This document shows, in pieces, positions 23,656-37,685 of a stretch of 64,000 nt of DNA (position 1 is its first letter; each line of letters starts with the position of its first letter). Position numbers and translations under genes: made by a program. Under the pieces are notes generated by a model that was given only the letters and a program-made list of their open reading frames with translations, made no database searches and was not told the DNA's origin. The stretch covers positions 47,058,001 through 47,122,000 of the forward strand of contig NC_043008.1 of NCBI RefSeq assembly GCF_006345805.1, read 5' to 3'. The stretch comes from Octopus sinensis. Its lineage: Eukaryota.

Positions 23656-25799
23656 TCATTCCAGTTTAGTGTTTTAAGGAACATGAAAATGTTGACATGC
23701 ACACCGTCTAGAAATTTAGAGTCCGATAAATTATGAACTTATTAACAGCAAATTTACCCACTTTTTTAAAAGACAGTTGTCTGGACATGAAATTTTATTA
23801 CTGTACAAACCTAACTCGTGCCCAAACATCTCAAACGTGAACCGTCCTGTCGAAATAGGTTTCAGACTTTAATAAGAGTGGCCACCAACGGAAATGTATA
23901 AAAGTGAAAACAGTGGCAATAATGAACATTAATTACAAACAAAACTGAGTGACTGGTTCTTCACAACAAAGCAGCTGACTGAAAAATTCATACGCTCAAG
24001 GAAACATCCTTGACATAATCTATAATGATAGGGAGACTGGATGGACAACTAAATGATTCAATTTCTGACTTTGTCTTCTGTCTCCTTGTTAATATATATC
24101 GATCTTGTTTATTTATTTTACTGATTGCCAAATGAAGAAGTTTATTATATTTTATTACATTGTTTTTCAATTTTAGATATTTTGCAATTGAGTTAATTAT
24201 ATCTTGTCTGCTTTCTTCAAATAATAAGTTTTACAAATGCAACAGAAAAAAAATTCATGATGCTGTACTTACGCTGTGTAAACATGTTTACACTTTTACA
24301 GGGAATAATCTGGATAAAATGTTCCATATAAATATATAAAAAAATAGGTGAAGAAAATGAATGCCAATATTTCAGTAATTGGTACATGACAATGCGAAAG
24401 ATATACGGACCAGTGATAAAAATCAAATTTCACGAGTTCCTATCTCGCCTGAGGTATCTTTTTAAAATGTTTATATTTTTAGAAGAGTGATCGTTGGACA
24501 ATGATCAATCTAAGACGATTCCTATATATGTAGACGTTGTTGTGCAATATTGCTGTAAACGCATCTTGTTAAATATTTAACAGAAACACCCAACAACATA
24601 AAAACGATTTTCTACTCTAACCTGCTCGAACGCATTAAAAGCCGCCTGGCCTTTCGTTTATGGAGAAACAGCTAATTTTGACTCATGAATAAGTCATTTT
24701 CCCAACCTGATTGGATACGGTTTCGAAAAACAAAATCTTTTTCTTTAATTATTTCTCCATCACTTTAAAATTGCATCAGCTGTTCTTAGGTTGTTTTCTT
24801 TGTTTCCTTTATTTTATAATTAAGTGAAGTACATCGGTTCCGTTTCTGAGTCGTCATTTCCATGTAATTCCGATAATTATTACAAGATTCCGCTCAAAAC
24901 TGTGAAAGGAACATCCAATTTAAAAGAGGAAGAATAAAATGTAATATTGTTCGAAGTACAAAAACATTACAACAGCTTACATAATTACTCAATTTTTCTT
25001 AAAATAATTGTCTGCTGCAATAAGCCAAACATCATTGAATTACCAACCTACCAAAAGCTGTTAGCCTGATTGTCATGGCCATTTTAGTAATACAAGCTGT
25101 TATCTGCCATATATAACCTAATGCCCTGACATTTAATGTGAGATGTTATATATTTCACATAATATTGTGATGGATCATTTCATCTGATACTACAGTTTAA
25201 TATAAAAGATTGGAAAATATCGTTAGGAAATTGATTAATTAGAGGTCATAGCCAGCAATCTGAATGCTTTAGCTACGTTATAAAGCTATCTATTAGTCTT
25301 TCAACCAGATTTAGTTTCCAGTCAAACAACGGTTGTATTATTCACGACAAAAAACGTAAGCGTTTACACGGTTTCGTTATAGATGTGGTTCTGTAAAGAT
25401 GATTTTAATTCAGTATAATATACATAATACTTGACTACAGATATATGATAATTATATAAATGTTTTCTAGTGAAAACTATTTATGGTTTTATTACCATAA
25501 TATCTATTCCAAATATTCTGCACCATACGAGAAAGGAACTGCCATTTTATTTCACTCGGAGTACTCACTCTTAGATAGATATTTCTCAAAGAATCTAAAT
25601 ATTACGTTCCAATTATTTCGTTCGGAATATTTGTGGTATTCGCGGAATTGCTTCATATGGCGTAATTTCGGACATCCAATTTATATGACATTCGTGCATT
25701 CGAGAGTGAAATATGTTAAAATATAAAAATCAATATTTGTAACAAGTTAACGTAGAGTGATTTTATCTCATTCTTTCTATCTATCTATCTATCTATCTA

Positions 25800-25990
25800 T
25801 TTCTACTCTTCTCCTCTGGAAGCCATCTACTCGTGATACCAGAGGGCGCACACTCTCCTACCCTGATGTAATCTCCAGGGATACAGGCATCCAGCAACAG
25901 GACCTCCGTAATTCTATGATGGACCGTGAAGTCTGGCGTAGCATAGTAAATTCCATTGTCTCGACCACGGTCGAATAATGATGATGATCT
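25800..25990 (+). mobile_element. 5'-truncated RTE-clade LINE 3' end with (TGA)n tail
   Basis: LLLWKPSTRDTRGRTLSYPDVISRDTG..DLRNSMMDREVWRSIV* matches the typical RTE ORF end (W.P..GR...Y.D...D..DR..WR). It has a tgatgatga tail and lies between tctatc repeats. Confidence 0.8.
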
Positions 25991-26366
25991 ATCTATCTCT
26001 CCATCTATATATCTCTCTCGCTCTTTCTCTCTAGCTGATATATATGCAAACACACACACATACATATGTAGAAAGATATATAAGTATACACTCATACACA
26101 CACACACAGAAACACATACGTATATATGAAATTAAACAAGTCTTTTTATTCTATATCGTTGTAATTATTACCATTCTACACTCCAGATAATATTGCCATC
26201 CGTTTTAGCGAAGACGCGATTGTCCATTGGAGCTATTTACAGCATGAGTGACAACTCGTAGTTGTCGTAGGGCGTTGAATACTAATCGACGCAGTTAGCT
26301 CTAACTGGGAACACAACGGGTTATACGCTCGTCTAATTTATCTCTCTACGCTCTCTTTTTGCGTGT

Positions 26367-26431
<65 letters not shown>

Positions 26432-28089
26432 GTTTGAGGGCTCGTGTGTGTGTATATGTTTTAATATTGTGCTAAGGCAGTACGATACTAATAACTCCAT
26501 TAGCTAACAGTTGCTTCTGCTATTACAAGCAGATAGAACGAAAAGTATAACCCAAAGACGAAGTAAAAACAGAACAAAGTAAATGAGCGTGTTTGCCGTT
26601 TTTAATGCATGGGATTAGCCTTAGTTCCTGATTCGGTTCCATTTCTTTTGTATTTTATTTGGTTTTGTTAAGGCTTATGTTATTAGAAGTTCCGTACGTT
26701 ATAGTTCGTATATTACACCATCACATTACAACTAATATGTGCTCTGTATCTTTGGGATTACTCTGTTATGTCAAGTAATTTGTTGTATTTTACTCCGAGC
26801 CTTATATGTCTCGCTATATTAGTTTGTCAAATATGTTGTTCTCCCTTACGGTTTCTTATATTCTGTATATTTCTTTGTCTACTTCGTCATTGTAAAGGAG
26901 AATATATATTTTCTTTCCAGCGGGGAGATTTTCTATCTTTTAATGCCTTTACTTTTTCCAAGCAACAATTCTTTCTCGCAACTAATATAATCTTATTTGT
27001 AGGAATTCCTTTTATATTTTACCAAAAACTGAACGTGCATTCCAGTAATTGTCTCTTAGCAATGTGTTCTTGGTCATGACTTCTATGTAAGGCAGAACGA
27101 AATATATTTTGTTCAAGCTAGTTTACAGCGTATATTTGTTTTGGGGCCTCTGAATTTTCTATTATACATTCGAAAATTACAGTAAGCTTTGTTGTTGAAG
27201 GGGAATAGTATTAATAAGTGTGTTGTAAATACATATCAAGTTGAATATATATACACACTCGCACATACATATGTATCTAAGTATCTCTCTCTCTCTCTCT
27301 CTCTTTCTCTGTATATATATATATATTAACGCATTTGGGCGTTTGCAAATGTATGTATATATTTATATATTTATGTGATGCGTGTGTTAGAGTGGACCTT
27401 ATTTTTCGACTTTCTAAAGGTTTAGCCCCCAAACCCTTACCTTGTTCCAATTAAAAAAATCTATGCAAACTTTTGGCTCAATCGAACAACAGCATGGTGA
27501 CCCTCATCGACCATGAAAATTTGAAGATTTCGTCCGGAAAGTCATTTTTTCAGATAAAATTACTTTATCATTATATATAATTTTGTTCTTAAATTAAAAA
27601 CTTGTTCAGATTTATTCTTCGTAATAGAAGGATAAATGACAAGAAATATAATGGGGAAAACAAAATGCAAAGCTGTTGAAAGAGCAGAGGTAAAGGGCAA
27701 ACACCTATTTTTCACCATCATCCAGTCGGCAGCCAGCCGTGAGCGAGTGAGGTTGTGAGTTGCGTTCGTTCGTTGAAAGAATTGTACTGCACCGAATGGA
27801 AGTGTTGAGAAATAAAATATTTAGAAACATACGTTCGTGATAAACCGTAAACTAATATGACTTTTCCATGTTTCTAAAATATAATTTACTTTATAAAGAA
27901 AACTTAACATCTTATTTCAGGAATTTTTGAAATTAGCAATAGGTAAATTTGAATCACTTCGTTTTTAAACATCTGTTGGGGTTGCCTGGATGTGTCCACA
28001 TAAATTTCTCTTAGATGAAAAAAGAAAATGGTGGAGAACATATATCGCTTTCGAAAAGAATTAATCGTTGCCTATACTACGTTCCAACT

Positions 28090-28990
28090 TGCAGTTGTCT
28101 GGTTAAGCTGAAATTTTGCACACCCCATTATTTTGTCTAATGGAACAGGATTAGGGAGTGGTCTACAAGTCCCTGAGTAAAATGATTATGTGTAAGGGAG
28201 GCAAGTAGTTCTGGATTTGGTGCAATTAGGATAGATATAGATGTGTATGTGAATGGTGTATGGGATGTATGGGGGTTAGTGGTACTAATTGAAAGGTTAG
28301 TAGTGTTCTGTATTATGTTATGTGTTTATATTGAGTTGTGGAAGATATTTACTGATGAAAGTTGCCTCTTTATTCATTCTTTGTTGTACTGTGAATATTG
28401 ATAGAAGGGGAAAATTAGGAAATTTGTATTGTGGGTGGCGCTAGTTAATATTTTTTTCCAATGATTTAGGTTGCATTTTGCCTTTGATAATTTTTGTACG
28501 AGCCTAAAATTTTGTTCATTGTTTTATCTCCTGTGAGGATGGGTAGAGTTTGGTTGTGCTTATTGACTATTTTAATTAGGATGTCAAGAAAAGGGAGCTG
28601 TTTACTGCTGTGCTCCTTGGTGAATTGTATGTTGCTATTAATATTGTTAAGCATTATTTTAAAATCGAAGTTTGTCGATGCTGTCTTTCCAAAGTATAAA
28701 GCAATCATCGAAATACCTCTTTCAGTTCTCCTTTAAATAGCAATGAAATGAGGTGCCATGTATTTTTAGTGATGATTGATATATTTTAAGCTCTAGGTAA
28801 CCCATTACAAGGTTCGCAATCACTGGAGTTAGCTCAGGTTCCCATTGAAATTCCACATTGCTGTCGATAGTAAACTGTATCGAACATGAAATAGTTGTTC
28901 AATAGGATGAATTTGAGTGCCGCAATGGGAACTCGAGCTGCTCCGGTGATTGCGAACCTTGTAATGAGTTACCTAGAGCTTCAAATATGC
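28090..28990 (-). mobile_element. Penelope-like RT/EN remnant with an inverted duplication at its 5' end
   Basis: Minus strand reads NNYFMFDTVYYRQQCGISMGT and NINSNIQFTKEHSSKQLPFLDILI. The plus strand at 28922 reads AMGTRAAPVIANLVMSYLE, typical PLE RT motifs. Confidence 0.8.
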
Positions 28991-29039
28991 CACTACTATC
29001 TACTCGCATCATAAATTTTGACTACGTACGGATGTGTAC

Positions 29040-29083
<44 letters not shown>

Positions 29084-30502
29084 CAAGAGAGAGAGAGAAA
29101 GACATATTTGTACACACACATGCAACCTCATTGCTATTAATCGACAGCAGAACGAAAGCCTTGCGGATAAGACATTCATGTTTGTTTTCCATTAGCTTCA
29201 GATTACAGAGATTTTGGAGAAATTTGAAATTCATTTATTTATTAGCTTCCTTAATTATTTATTGTGAAAGAAATAACAGAAAATGTCAAAGTTTACAATG
29301 AAAACATTCGCAGAAAATGTATTCTTTCAGAAAAAATGCAAAATGGAAGAAGGGAACACTGCTGATAACAGAAAAAAACACACGTATTTCGTTTTGGTTG
29401 ACGTTTTAGCACCCTATCATAGGAATAATAGTTTTCGAGGACCACAGATTCAATGTTGACACAAACGGGAAACAAAACTGGAGAAATTCTAGTAGAGAAT
29501 TGTTGTTGTACAGTAGAAATGTATGCATGTATATATATGTGTGTGTATGAGTGTGTGTGTGTGTGTCTGTGTATCTGTGTGTGTGTGTCTAAGTTTATAA
29601 GTTCTCTTCTGTTTTTAATTAAGTTCTACTTTTGAGAAGGGATTGGTTTCTATACACAAACATATATATATATATGATACAACGTAATTGATTAAGGAAA
29701 CTAGGTTTAGCAGTAGTATTAACGAGTACAACAATCGTTTTGACCAGTGCTTCTCTAGCTAGGATCCGCAGATCCATGGTGGACCGGAAGGCTACTAGTA
29801 AGGTCCATGAACTAAATTCAAAATTTCACACAGAGATCCTAGATAAGGAACAGATCCGTTACCTGCAATGTATAAAGATTCCTTTGAGTGAACACATCGA
29901 GAGAAGTGCAGGTAATATCCAACCAAGCTTCACAGTTTTCCACATTTACCCGTGCAAAGCAGAAGTTTCTAGAACGTTTAAATAAAGAAAATTTGTCCAT
30001 CGAAAAATACTGAACACGTCTAAATATGAACGCGTAATGACCTCATTGAATATTATTATTCATGATCGCATACCCATCACTGTACATATTTCTACTCACA
30101 ACTTTAGGTTTTGAGTTTTTGTGTATATTAATCCCCTCCCAGAAAGATGAACAATTACCTTGTCCCCAAGAATAATGATCACCAATTACCTCCCCTTGGA
30201 TTTTTCTACTTGTTGAATCATTCATTCATAAAATTCTCCACTCCCAACATGGACTAAAATCTTAAGAAAATACGAAATTACAATCATTTCAATGTCATGA
30301 TTAGCGAAAGTGAAATTGGTCGACAAATACAATATAAAATATATTAAAAGGTATATTAAAACTGTGTAAAGTGTGTGCATTTACCTTCTTTTATTTGCTA
30401 TATATATGTATGTGTTTGTGTGTGTGTGTGTTTGGAAATGGACGCATGGCGTTCAATTAAATAATATAAATAATATATATATGCATATATTACTATTATT
30501 AT

Positions 30503-30554
<52 letters not shown>

Positions 30555-31902
30555 CATAACACGATGCTAGACGTGTCGAAACAATTGTGGCGAATTACAG
30601 AAAATTCTCATATTTTCCATCTTCCTTCTTTTATTTATGTCTGTGTGTGCGCGCGCGCGTGTGTGTGTGTGTGTGTGTGTCTGCGTTTGTGTGTGCGCGT
30701 GCGTGTGTGTCTTTGTGTGTGCGTTTGTGTCTGTGTATGACATCATTTAGGTTTCGTTAGTCTTGTGGAATTCGAACAGACACATGTATAAAAAATTAAA
30801 CATAAGCCTGAGATAGAAAGTACTGCAGGGCTTGCTGTGTTGCTGCATTGTAGTACTGATTCGCTAATTAGTTCCATTATTAATAAGAGGGGTGGATGAA
30901 AGTGACTTTGACCAGAAATATTTCTCGTAGTAAACCGTTCACTCTTTTCATGTATTGTTAACACATATTTCACGTACAAACGTGGAAATGCAATTACAAG
31001 AAAAAAAAGTTATATTTTCATCCTGTTTTAGTATACAACGCATTTGATATTCTTTGATACATCGATTCGACTAACTTTTACGAAATGTATTGGAGACATC
31101 GTATGATAAATGTTAAATGTTTTTTTAATACTAAAGCTAATGAATTTTAGTTCGACATATTGCAAATGTCAAATATATTTACAATGTTCTGTTTCCAATA
31201 GTATCCCGTTCATAAGGTGCGTTCCGTGAGATGAAAATCTTCACTATTTGCTCCATCTTTTGTGCGGTCTGTGAAAGAAATTCGATTAAAATATAGAAAA
31301 TGAAATCATAGCCAATTGAATCACTTCAACTTAAAAGATGCCAAAATAAACTAGACAGGAAAAAATTTGCAATGAATGGAAACGAAAGAATAAAAAACAT
31401 ACATAAACGAGGAATGAATAATATTTTTCTCGTTATTGCAAAAAATAGAAGTAGAAACCACTTGAAGTTCCTGCAATGCTCTTGCCATTACAGAGGATTG
31501 TAAGACATCCAAGACAATAGACGGAACCAAAATAAAATGCAAAGGCCATTGAGGAAAAAACATTATTTCACTACTTCAATACTAATATTTACATTTACAG
31601 AAGGTGGTGGAATTCACTCTGGCGGATATGTTTAAGCTTCCATTTCTTTGAAAGTCATTAGAAAATCATGTCTAATATATAAACATATGCCCAGAGACAA
31701 GCATATACACACAAATACGCATTGGCACACTAACTCTCCATACACACTCACTCTCCACTATTGCGGTCCAGAATTTCAGAAGAATAAGGATATTAATGTT
31801 ATACCCTTAACTGAACAATTTCCATGCTAGCAGAACACCTGTTAGATAACTTATCGTGAGAAGTGTTAGCTTCTTTAAATCCCTATTTCCTCTTATGCCT
31901 GC

Positions 31903-31969
<67 letters not shown>

Positions 31970-32006
31970 TGTGTGTGTGTGTGTATGTGTGTGTGTGTGT
32001 GTGTGT

Positions 32007-32058
<52 letters not shown>

Positions 32059-32081
32059 TGTGTGTGTGTACCGGAGTAAGC

Positions 32082-32128
32082 AAAATTGTCCGACGAACGG
32101 GTACGTGAAACTACGAGTAACAGCTTTT
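32082..32128 (+). ncRNA. Type I hammerhead-like fold with a U4C core variant
   Basis: AAAAUUGU-CCGACGA-ACG(ggua)CGU-GAAA-CU(acg)AG-UA-ACAGCUUU: stems I, II and III all pair and a GUA triplet is present. Confidence 0.55.
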
Positions 32129-32844
32129 ATTATATTTCTGTTGCTTTTAAATAAAGTATATATATATATTCCAGCAGGTAGACATACTTGGTATGTCCTT
32201 TGATTAATTTTAATCCCTCTGCTATTTAATGCTATTTTGTGGGGCCTGCAATTGCCTATATTCTTGATTCTGTCATTATCATTTTTAATTGTTACGCTAC
32301 ATAATAATAGAATCAATCATATTTTCTCGTGAATTATATGCTCTGTATTGAAATTATTTTCACACTGTTGGCTGCCATGATTCAGCGCAAAACGAATCAG
32401 TTGCAGCGCAGACTTCAACGTGATGGCTTCGGATTCTTCATAATGGTAACGTGGGCTGAGGAAGGTGAGGCTGTAATGTCCGTCAATAAACCGGTCCATG
32501 TGAGTCCAAATACATGAACTAATGCTGAGAGATAGTCTTAGCCCGTTTACTTTCAGACAGTTATGTTTGTATATATATATATACGCTTTTTAAATTTTAC
32601 TTGTTTCAGGTACTAAGCTGCAGACATGATGAGGCAATACCTTGAAGAATTTTTAGTCGAATATATCGACCACAGTTCTTATTCTTGAGAAGACTGGTCC
32701 TAATTCCATTGTTCTCTTTTTCCGAACCTCTAGGTTATGGGGATGTAAGCACACCTGCCCCGGTCGACAAGCAGTGCAGGGGAACAAACATAGACACAAC
32801 AAAATACACAAATATATACATATATGTGTATGTGTGTGTGTGTG

Positions 32845-32875
<31 letters not shown>

Positions 32876-33559
32876 GCATGTGTATAATTTTTATTTTTCT
32901 GATCAGCTATGATAAGCACAATTTATATCAATTTGATGGGTTCTTCTCTAATTTTCCGCAGTACAAAATTATTATTCTTTTGTATTGACAGTGATTTATT
33001 ATTTATTATTAATTACTATTAATACACACACACACCTATGCACATACCCACACATATACACACATACCAGCTTCTCTTGCACTCTCCTGTCTTAGAACTT
33101 TTTCTTCACCCATTCCCTTACGGTCATTTCAATATACAAATATCTATAGATATATGTATGTGTGTGCGCATGCTTGTGGGTGTGTGTCTACGTGTGTATA
33201 TGTATGCCTGTGCGTGATTATCTATGTGTGTGTGTGTGAATATTTTATGAATTTAAATTATTTGCGATTAGGCAGAATAAGAGAAAAACACGCAATCTTT
33301 TGTAAACACTTAAAATTCACTTTTTGCCTTTCGCAACTGCATTTCAAAATTCACAACCCCATTTGTGACGTAGCGGATCTCTCGGGCAGTGTTTTTGACC
33401 CTAAGGTTAACAAAATAAACCGAGGACAAAATACACGAATTACAATAATGACAAATAACATAAAATTGTCGAAGCATATCGGAATATTGAGGTATAGTGA
33501 GTAGAGGTATTTTTTTATTTAATCGAGGATGAGCCTTCGTGGCCCGTAACGAAGCTGTG

Positions 33560-34240
33560 CAGAAGTCAGCGATATAAGCATTGCACTCAGAGAATTAAAA
33601 CATTCCGCAAAGGAAGTCAAAACATATTTAGAGCTAGAATAATATAATCTTAGACCTTGTGACGGAAGCCTTATTGAAGTTTTCCTTGTCAAGACTTTTA
33701 AAAGGAAATAAAGCTCGTAGAACCCTTTTACTTCGTAGATTTGTAGCTGCCAAACAACGACGGTTCAGCAGATACCATTCCAAGATAATCAAGGCTTTTA
33801 TAAAATACATTGTAAAGCAGACGCAAGCTGCAACCATTCAGAATTCACAGCAATGATACTAGAATAATGCGAAAGATTACGACGCTGCTAGAGGCGAGCT
33901 TCCTGTTTCTCGATAAGAAACATCTAAAACACGTCTCCGGAAGTTACAAACATGACGTCAAAAGTGAAAGATTACGCGTATCAATATTTTACAGAGACAA
34001 AGAAACCTGCCACTTGCTTTGATAATTCTCCTTGAACCATTCACTGGTTCATTTGACACATTGCTCAGATACCCATTCAGAGTGTTGTTCATGAATAATA
34101 TTCGCAAAACGATTGAAAATAAAAACAAAACAGAAATAATGGACGGCCTCCATAACACAATCAGTGAACGTTTGATGTTGGTAGTTAAAATAGTTAAACG
34201 TAGTGTGTGGAGAAGAATTCAATCTTACATCTAAATTTAT
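33560..34240 (+). mobile_element. Possible highly degraded DNA transposase remnant (hAT-like?)
   Basis: Coding-like broken frames including IILLEPFTGSFDTL, reminiscent of the hAT LL.PF...T..L motif. No TIR was found. Confidence 0.25.
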
Positions 34241-35104
34241 ATATCAGATCCTGTGACAGCAATTATATATAATTAAATTTATGAAAACAACTTAGACACT
34301 AAAAATCAATAAATTCTAAAACCAAATCTTTCTCTCTCTTTCCCTCTGACACACACACACGCGCACATTCTCTCGCGTTCTTTCTCACTCTCTCACACAC
34401 ATCCCCTCTCAATCGTTCTTTCTCTCACACAGAGTCTCTCGTTAGTTCTCTCTCTCACTCGTTCTGTCTCTCTTTCTTACACACACACACGCACTCACAC
34501 ACATTCCCCCACTCTCTCTCTCACACATGTAAACAACTAGACTCTTAACACAGACGCATCAATCTTTAATAAAAACATTCACTTAACCGGTTTCATAATT
34601 TAATGTTTGTTCAAAATTAATGCATGCAACAAAAGGATCTCAATTAACGCCGTATTTGTCTCGACTCGAAAATCTGCTTTTAAAAATTTGGTCCATTTTA
34701 TGGAGAAATTGTGATCGGAATTGGCTCAGGTTGTTGTCGATGGCCAGAAATAAAGGTTGTATTGGAGCAGTGAATCTCCCATGAATTCGAATGGGCAACT
34801 GTTGCAGTTCATGTCGACAATGTACTAGATTACGTGTCAGTGGGTTAATGCGCAGAGAGAAAAGATTGCGTTAAACCAGACATTGCATCATGAAATAGCA
34901 TAACGAACGGTTCATCAAAGGACAGGACAGATGGACAAAGGTTATACTAGGACAGAACAGCAGACACACACAACAAATCATTTCTTGTTATCTCGTCAAA
35001 CATTTAATTGAATTAGCAGAAAATATTTTTAGTGCATTCAATCAATGACCAAACACAAATGCGCAACCTCAGTACCACAAAGAACAAGGATGAACAAATA
35101 TCGT

Positions 35105-35312
35105 TTTCAAGTTTGGCGCAAGGCCAGCAAATTAGGGGAGGGGGTGAGTTGATTACAACGACCCCAGGGCTTCACTGGCATTGATTAATCCATTCCGAAA
35201 CAATGAAAGGTAAAATCTACCTCGGCGGAATTTGAACTCAGAATGTTAGGACGGACGAAATGTCGCTGAGTAGTTTGTCCAGCATGCTACCACTTCTGCC
35301 AGCTCGACGCCC
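35105..35312 (-). mobile_element. SINE family A copy
   Basis: Reverse complement of the family A head (ggcgtcgagctggcagaag) and body (tctgagttcaaattccgccgaggt). Confidence 0.85.
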
Positions 35313-35866
35313 GAATGATAAATATATTACGAAATTCTTGTTACTTTTAAAGCGATTATAGTATTTCTGTATAAGTGAGTGCATTAAGTAGAAGTATTTC
35401 TAGCGGAGAGCTATTTTCAATTAACGATGATTAAAATATCAATATTGATTAGATTCATTTGTATGAAACCTAGATATCACATCTGTATTGAAATGACAGA
35501 CGCGCAGAAGGAAATGCATTGTCCAGCATCATATATATAGGGAGAACAGGATTGATAGGAGGAGAAGAAAGAAGTTATTGAAATGTCTGAGAGATGAGCT
35601 AGTTGATGCATCCGAGCGGACTCTCATAAAGGGCATCTCAGTGTTAGACTACCCTGGGGTAACTAACAGATCAACGAATGATTGTGATCTACGGTGAACT
35701 GTGGACAGTTTTTTAATTAGTTTCTTGGAAGACAATGACGGTGAGTTAAATGAATTTGTTGTGTTTCTGGAAAATATTGCGTTTGGCGCTTTGGAGATTG
35801 GAGTAATCAAACGAAGACAAATATGACTCATTTAACGAAAGTAATATCAAATAGCTGTGTGCGTAC

Positions 35867-35916
<50 letters not shown>

Positions 35917-36014
35917 TATATAGAAGGAGCTAATTTACTCTGCTATGTATTGAGTACCTTATTTACTGTGGTTAACCCCGACTCAACCCGGGACCTACAT
36001 ATATATATATATAT

Positions 36015-36085
<71 letters not shown>

Positions 36086-36792
36086 ATGTGTGTGTGTGTC
36101 TGTGTGTGTGTGTGGATATATGTATTGTGTGCATTTGTAGGAACGTTTCTCTATATTACGTATCCATATTTTCATTTTTCTTGGCTTCGCAAGCTAGGTC
36201 TTATAGTAGTGAGGGCGATGTCCACATTTATTGCAGGTTTGCTGAAGCCCAACAAGACTTATTCGAGATAAACAAGCAGAACCAGAGAGGAAAGCAGGCT
36301 GATCGGGGTTCGTCGTAGTATCCTTGTTTCCTGGTTTTCCCCATGTCCACAAGGATGACCTGGCGAATGTCTTGAAAGATGGAGGTTGCCCTGTGGACAG
36401 GACTCTTGGACAGCGGTAAGAACAGACTACTGCCGGGGTTCAATATTAATGGATCCAAGGGATTTATTTAGAGAGATCTTATATCTCTTCTTTGTTGCTC
36501 TTTTATTACATTTAGCAGAGGAGAGTTCACAGTACAACTTGACCTTGAGAAGTCAGTGATCCCCACCCTCATTTGGGGATGTGTTCTGCTCAGAGGAGCA
36601 GTGAAACCTACAACAGATGTGCACATCCCCCCACCACCACCACCACAATAAATCCTCGCTTTCTCGATTCCATCAGGACTTTTAATTTTCATCATCGTCA
36701 GCATTCACTGGGTTGATATTGTTATTAAATAATCGCTCAAGCGATTGAAAGGTGTGCCTATATATGTATATGTATATACGTATATATATATA

Positions 36793-37638
36793 TACTAGCA
36801 GCTAAGCCCGATTTCACCCGGTCTGTTTGGATGATGTGGCTGTAATCAATTTCGGTTAGGCATAATCTATAACACCGTTTGTCAACCTTTTCATTTCGGG
36901 TCCCCTGTTTCGATTGAAGCCTCCAGCTATATGAAAACAGCTTCCCGTCAGAAAACAGCTTCTAAGCAACTAGTTGTTTTAATGGCAGAAGAAAGAGGGA
37001 AATTCCATTAGAAAAAGGTTTTATCGATTGATAGTTTATGCACTTATATGCATATAGATACATATACAAATATTTATACGTTTATATGGATATAATATAA
37101 CCATCTTGCATAGAGATAAGTAGCTGAAAAATCTCTATTTTAGAACAGCTATACCTTATAAGAGATAAGAGGTTAATAGGTAAGGATATCAATCTAAGAA
37201 AGCAAAATAATAAAAGATTTTTAGAAAATAAGAAATACATATAACGTACATTTAAAGAGACAGGGTATTAAAATGTGAAGTAGGGAAGAGATAAAGGTAA
37301 TCCTAAAAGAGGAGGAAATAGGTATGGGAGTAGTGAGAGCTGTTGGAGGTATTGCGACCGAAGATATCTTATAAGTTGCAATGTTATAGGTTCTATTACA
37401 TATATGATTTTATAGTTTCTCGGGGGCATAACATTAGGAGACTTACATAAAAGCCATTACAAATATTCATAATATGATCAGTAGGGTAGAACCTCATAGA
37501 AAGGAAAACAATAGTTGAATCACTAAAAATCTGATGAAGTCACACTAACTGGTCTGGAGATTTCATGGAATATTAATTGCATATTGTACACCACGTACCA
37601 TAAACCATAGCTTATAGCACTTGTAAAATTTCATATAG

Positions 37639-37645
<7 letters not shown>
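36793..37645 (+). mobile_element. Possible non-autonomous Helitron/Helentron-type element
   Basis: Starts TACTAGCAGCTAAGCCCGATTTCACCCGG directly after (TA)n and ends in (TA)n, resembling HINE/DINE-type termini. There is no coding support. Confidence 0.35.

Positions 37646-37685
<40 letters not shown>

Noticed and set aside
23811-23846. 36-nt minus-strand exon (GRFTFEMFGHEL)
   Set aside because: The donor (GTTTGT) is weak and there is no supporting context.
27388-28110. Complete MITE starting TTAGAGTGGACCTTATTTTTCGAC
   Set aside because: It looks like a DNA-transposon end, but no matching right TIR was found, possibly lost at the PLE insertion, so it is not called.
32450-32502. Additional hammerhead (CTGAGGA...AAACCGGTC)
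   Set aside because: There is no clear stem II, GAAA is altered and stem I is out of register, so it is too weak to count.
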